Positions 57,472 through 60,626 of a stretch of 60,626 nucleotides of DNA are shown here, one piece after another (within the stretch, counting starts at the first letter, position 1; each line of letters starts with the position of its first letter). Under the pieces are notes generated by a model, which did no database searches, was not told the origin of the DNA, and saw nothing but the letters and a program-made list of their open reading frames with translations. The translations under genes and the position numbers were made by a program. This DNA comes from Candidatus Hermodarchaeota archaeon (GTDB taxonomy: Archaea > Asgardarchaeota > Lokiarchaeia > Sigyniarchaeales > SOKP01). Where the stretch lies: the NCBI GenBank assembly GCA_048885705.1, contig JBHLLJ010000004.1, positions 1-60,626 of the forward strand. The letters are read 5' to 3'.

Positions 57472-58587
57472 TTATTTTTCAATTATACTTTCTTTTATAA
57501 GAGTTCCAGAATGCAAGGCTACAGGGCCAAAATGAACTAATAACTCATCTCCAATCTTTATATTTACTACAGATATTGCTATTCTATCTGCTGTAACCAA
57601 TCGAACTGTTTCAGCATTTTGGCAAATGCAACTTATTTGAATTTTCCTATCACCCTCTAATGCTTCTAACTCAAATCGAAGCATAGGGCGAGTCTCAATT
57701 TTAATTCTTCCTATAGATAAACTCCTAACCTCTCCTTCGGCATTAACAGCTAATACTTTATCTCCTCCCTTTAATTCACTAAGATATTTAGTTCGATAAA
57801 TTTTTTGAGTATCTTCATCAGGAACTAATATATATGCTGATACATCCCCTGCATTTACTCTAAATGGTCTTGGTGCTATATATTCAGTTTCAAAAGTCTC
57901 AGCGTGAATTAGGCAGAATCCTGCAGCTGTTGAACCAACTAAAAATCCTTCTCCTAATTTTAAAAGTGAAGTAGTATCTACACAAACTCTTTCACTTTCA
58001 GAAATATTTTGAATTTTTTTAACTGTTGCTTTGTCTAATTTTAAGCTTAACTGGGTATGTAGAAGATTCTTTAACTTGATAATATCATTGACATTTTTGG
58101 GCTTTATCAAAATTCCATCAACTCCAATTTCTAAAGTCTTTAGCATGACTTCTGCTTCTTTTACTGTTTCAACAACAGCTATTAGATCTGTATCGTATTT
58201 ATGCATATTTGCAATAAGATTTTCAAAAGGAATAATCTTCCAATCTTGAGCTGAAACAATAATAAAATCCACATAATTTTTTCTCGATAATTCTATAATA
58301 TCATTTTCATCTTCCTTAGATTTCAATGCAACAAAACATCCGACGCTCTTATTGGCTAGATTTTCATTAATTATATTTTCTTCCAAAATCTTTTTATCTT
58401 CATAAACTAAATACTGTGTTGGAATTTTAGGATTCTTAGAATAAAGATTTACTCTTTCAAATTTTTCGAATTCCTTGTATGTATCTTGAGAAATTAAAAA
58501 ATCCTTAATATTGCTATTTAAGGCTTCATGTAATAATTCTGTTAAAATAGAATTTTTTGATTCGAAATCAAGTATAATTTTTTTCAT
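57472..58587 (-). CDS. aroB': 3-dehydroquinate synthase II (archaeal type)
   Basis: DWKIIPFENLIA, LE.GVDG, RVCVDT, GEG.LVGS, RPFRVNAG, YLSEL, GRIKIE.RP, QNAETVRL. Confidence 0.94.
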   Translation of the reverse strand: MKKIILDFESKNSILTELLHEALNSNIKDFLISQDTYKEFEKFERVNLYSKNPKIPTQYLVYEDKKILEENIINENLANKSVGCFVALKSKEDENDIIELSRKNYVDFIIVSAQDWKIIPFENLIANMHKYDTDLIAVVETVKEAEVMLKTLEIGVDGILIKPKNVNDIIKLKNLLHTQLSLKLDKATVKKIQNISESERVCVDTTSLLKLGEGFLVGSTAAGFCLIHAETFETEYIAPRPFRVNAGDVSAYILVPDEDTQKIYRTKYLSELKGGDKVLAVNAEGEVRSLSIGRIKIETRPMLRFELEALEGDRKIQISCICQNAETVRLVTADRIAISVVNIKIGDELLVHFGPVALHSGTLIKESIIEK

Positions 58588-58741
58588 AATACTTAAATTT
58601 TGGTCTAGCTAAACTTTTTTGATGAGAATTATTTTATAATATTATATCAAATAATATTAAATTTTTAAGTCAGAAATATTATTTAATTCATAAAATCACA
58701 TAAAAATATTAAATTAAAGGTCTAAATGGTGTAGTGATAAA

Positions 58742-59392
58742 ATGGGGTTAAAAAAGAAACTATTTCCACGTAAAAGTAAAGAAAAAGACGACTTAGTCGC
58801 AAAAGCGAAAGGTCATATCCATAAATTGAATATGATGAATAAAAATTATAATAAACGTGCTGAGATTAGTAGAAAAAACGCCAAAATTGCATTAAGACGT
58901 GGTGAAAAAGATCGAGCAAAATCGTATTTGGTACAATATAAAGCATATCAAGCAAAAGTTGACCGTAGTAATAATATCCGCTTAAAGATTGAAAGACAAA
59001 TTCAAGCGATAGAAGAGGGAATGCTCATCTCTCAAACAGGTGACGTAATGGGAGGAATAAGAGATGAATTAGAATACATTGCAACAAAAGCATCCCCTAC
59101 TAAAGTTGCTGAAATTGCAGAAGATTCTGAGGCTTATGTATCCGAGATTGAAGAAGCAGCTGAAATTTTGGCTGGTGATCCAGAAATTGATCTTGCAATT
59201 GATGTTACAGAAGAATTAAACCAACTTGAGACTGAAATGCTATTAGAACAAGGAGGCGCAATGCCAGAAATTCCTGCTGATGATTTAAAATATATACCAG
59301 AATACGATCTCGAAGAAGAAGAGGCTGAAGTTAAATCAAAAGATCAATTAAAAGACGAAATCGATAAACTTCGCAAGGAACTTGAAGGTTAA
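58742..59392 (+). CDS. ESCRT-III / Snf7 family protein
   Basis: Amphipathic MGLKKKLF start; basic helical hairpin with AK.AL.RG.K.RA...L...K; acidic C-terminal half with EELNQLE, MPEIP and a terminal DEIDKLRKEL. Confidence 0.85.
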   Translation: MGLKKKLFPRKSKEKDDLVAKAKGHIHKLNMMNKNYNKRAEISRKNAKIALRRGEKDRAKSYLVQYKAYQAKVDRSNNIRLKIERQIQAIEEGMLISQTGDVMGGIRDELEYIATKASPTKVAEIAEDSEAYVSEIEEAAEILAGDPEIDLAIDVTEELNQLETEMLLEQGGAMPEIPADDLKYIPEYDLEEEEAEVKSKDQLKDEIDKLRKELEG

Positions 59393-59437
59393 ATTTTTTT
59401 CATAAAAATCTTTTGTTAACTGCTTAATCTTAATTAA

Positions 59438-60469
59438 TTATAATAATACTTGCTTTAAATCATTCAAAGCAAGGACCATATTTCTCACTTTACTTATTGC
59501 TATTTCATATCCATCTTTTTCTCCGAAAATTTTCAAAGGGAAGAAACCACAATCTGGTTTAATTATTAAATTCTCTTTTCCATATTGCTCTATTGCTCTA
59601 TTAATATAAATTTTTAGTAATTCAACGTTTTCCACATAATCATTAATTTTCTTATCTTTAACCGGGACAAACTTTGATTCAACGGTTCCCAATGCTAAAA
59701 ATTTATCAGTTCCTTGAAAATGCTTTTTCTCGAACACTTTAAAATTCTCTTCATTTGTACTAAATTCGTGATCTAAGATTTTCACATTTGTCTTTAAAAG
59801 AAGATCTCGAAGATTGGGACTGATTCTTCCACAGACATGTATTGAAGGTAATCCCTTTATTCCAGATATAGCTTTATTTATAGTTCTAATAATAAAATCT
59901 TCTGAATGGAACAAGATTTTCCTTCCCACTAGCAACCCCAGAATTGGTTCATCGCAAGATATGATATCTATTTTCATATCATTGTAAGCTTTTCCGATTT
60001 GCTTTATAATTTCAGCAAACTTATCCACAATCCAATCTACCATTACTGCTCGTGGTTCTTCGAAGATTATCGGTTTTAATCCCTTTGCAATAGTATCTTT
60101 CAATATTGTCTCAAATGTTAAAGTAAAAGGCCCTGTTAAGCAAGCTTTTGTACCTCTAATTAATTTCCTAAGATCTGGATTTTCCTTAAAGAATTTAATA
60201 ATAAATTTCCCATATTCAAGTGCAATAGGTTCTTTTGGTATACTAAATTCATCATGTATATAGAATTTACCATTAATTTCTTCTAATTGAGGTACGATTT
60301 TAGATAAAGGAAAAAGAAATTGGTTCGTCATTGATAAAAGTTGAGGGTAACATGGATAATCAATGCCAAATTGAATTAAATCAGTAAAAATCTTTACCAT
60401 ATTATTATATGTATTGCTTAAAGGCCAACTTCCTACTACAGTAGTAAACAGCCCATCTTCTTTTTCCAT
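59438..60469 (-). CDS. Cobalamin-independent methionine synthase, catalytic-domain-only / URO-D-like
   Basis: TTVVGSWP, K.CLTGPFTL, I..DEP, IHVCG, HE and IKPDCG zinc ligands. Confidence 0.82.
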   Translation of the reverse strand: MEKEDGLFTTVVGSWPLSNTYNNMVKIFTDLIQFGIDYPCYPQLLSMTNQFLFPLSKIVPQLEEINGKFYIHDEFSIPKEPIALEYGKFIIKFFKENPDLRKLIRGTKACLTGPFTLTFETILKDTIAKGLKPIIFEEPRAVMVDWIVDKFAEIIKQIGKAYNDMKIDIISCDEPILGLLVGRKILFHSEDFIIRTINKAISGIKGLPSIHVCGRISPNLRDLLLKTNVKILDHEFSTNEENFKVFEKKHFQGTDKFLALGTVESKFVPVKDKKINDYVENVELLKIYINRAIEQYGKENLIIKPDCGFFPLKIFGEKDGYEIAISKVRNMVLALNDLKQVLL

Positions 60470-60545
60470 ATGATCTAATGTAATAATAAAAATATAAATA
60501 TAGGATAAAAAAACGAAATTCTACTAACGAATCAAGATAAACTTT

Positions 60546-60626
60546 CTAAGTATAAAAGCGCCTTTTATCAAAATTTCTACTATCTCTTTTGAGAGATTCT
60601 ACCTCTTCCATACTTTTTTGTAAGTC
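60546..60626 (-). CDS. C-terminal end of a probable proteasome-associated AAA+ ATPase (PAN-like), partial
   Basis: Manual translation DLQKSMEEVESLKRDSRNFDKRRFYT-stop: resembles the final D(F)..A+E.V AAA helix and ends in an HbYX motif (F-Y-T). Only 26 residues are visible. Confidence 0.45.
   Translation of the reverse strand, partial: DLQKSMEEVESLKRDSRNFDKRRFYT

Noticed and set aside
9632-58249. Other short track ORFs nested in or antisense to confident genes (e.g. 13982, 24471, 32819, 36409, 43086, 51142, 52695)
   Set aside because: Fully overlap well-supported CDSs, with shadow-ORF composition and no recognisable domains.
1-60626. CRISPR arrays, tRNA/rRNA genes, transposases, integrases, inteins
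   Set aside because: No regularly spaced repeats, no GC-rich cloverleaf or rRNA-like segments, and no mobile-element or intein motifs seen by eye.

Overview
Very AT-rich archaeal chromosomal window, almost certainly from Asgard archaea (Lokiarchaeia). The assignment rests on an ESCRT-III/Snf7 gene, a Roadblock protein, a folliculin/uDENN-like protein, three Ras-superfamily small GTPases, a Loki-type histone and an IPGY-type C-terminal surface-sorting signal. Most of the window is core information-processing genes: eno, csl4, rpoL, tuf, aIF2-alpha, nop10, GINS/priS/priL/PCNA, TFS, rpl44e/rps27e, rpoA'/rpoA''/rpl30e/nusA/rps12/rps7 and pus10/rpl21e/rpoF/DUF655/ksgA/hemK. Metabolic and membrane genes are interspersed. 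I could not support any tRNA, rRNA, CRISPR array or mobile element. Main observations beyond the ORF track: (1) a peroxiredoxin-like gene (42428-42955, minus) with both redox-motif positions encoded by TGA (W-U-T-Y-U), followed by an AUGA..GA SECIS-like hairpin, i.e. a predicted double-selenocysteine UxxU protein; (2) two intact ORFs with no in-frame ATG/GTG/TTG start (an Arf-like GTPase and a 147-aa putative metallohydrolase) plus a probable ATA start for rps12, suggesting ATA/ATT initiation; (3) an HTH + ATP-cone + catalytically dead class III ribonucleotide reductase fusion; (4) a deoxynucleoside kinase ending in a PCNA-binding PIP box; (5) appended extensions on RNA polymerase subunits. 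All family assignments come from motif recognition by eye; no database search was run.
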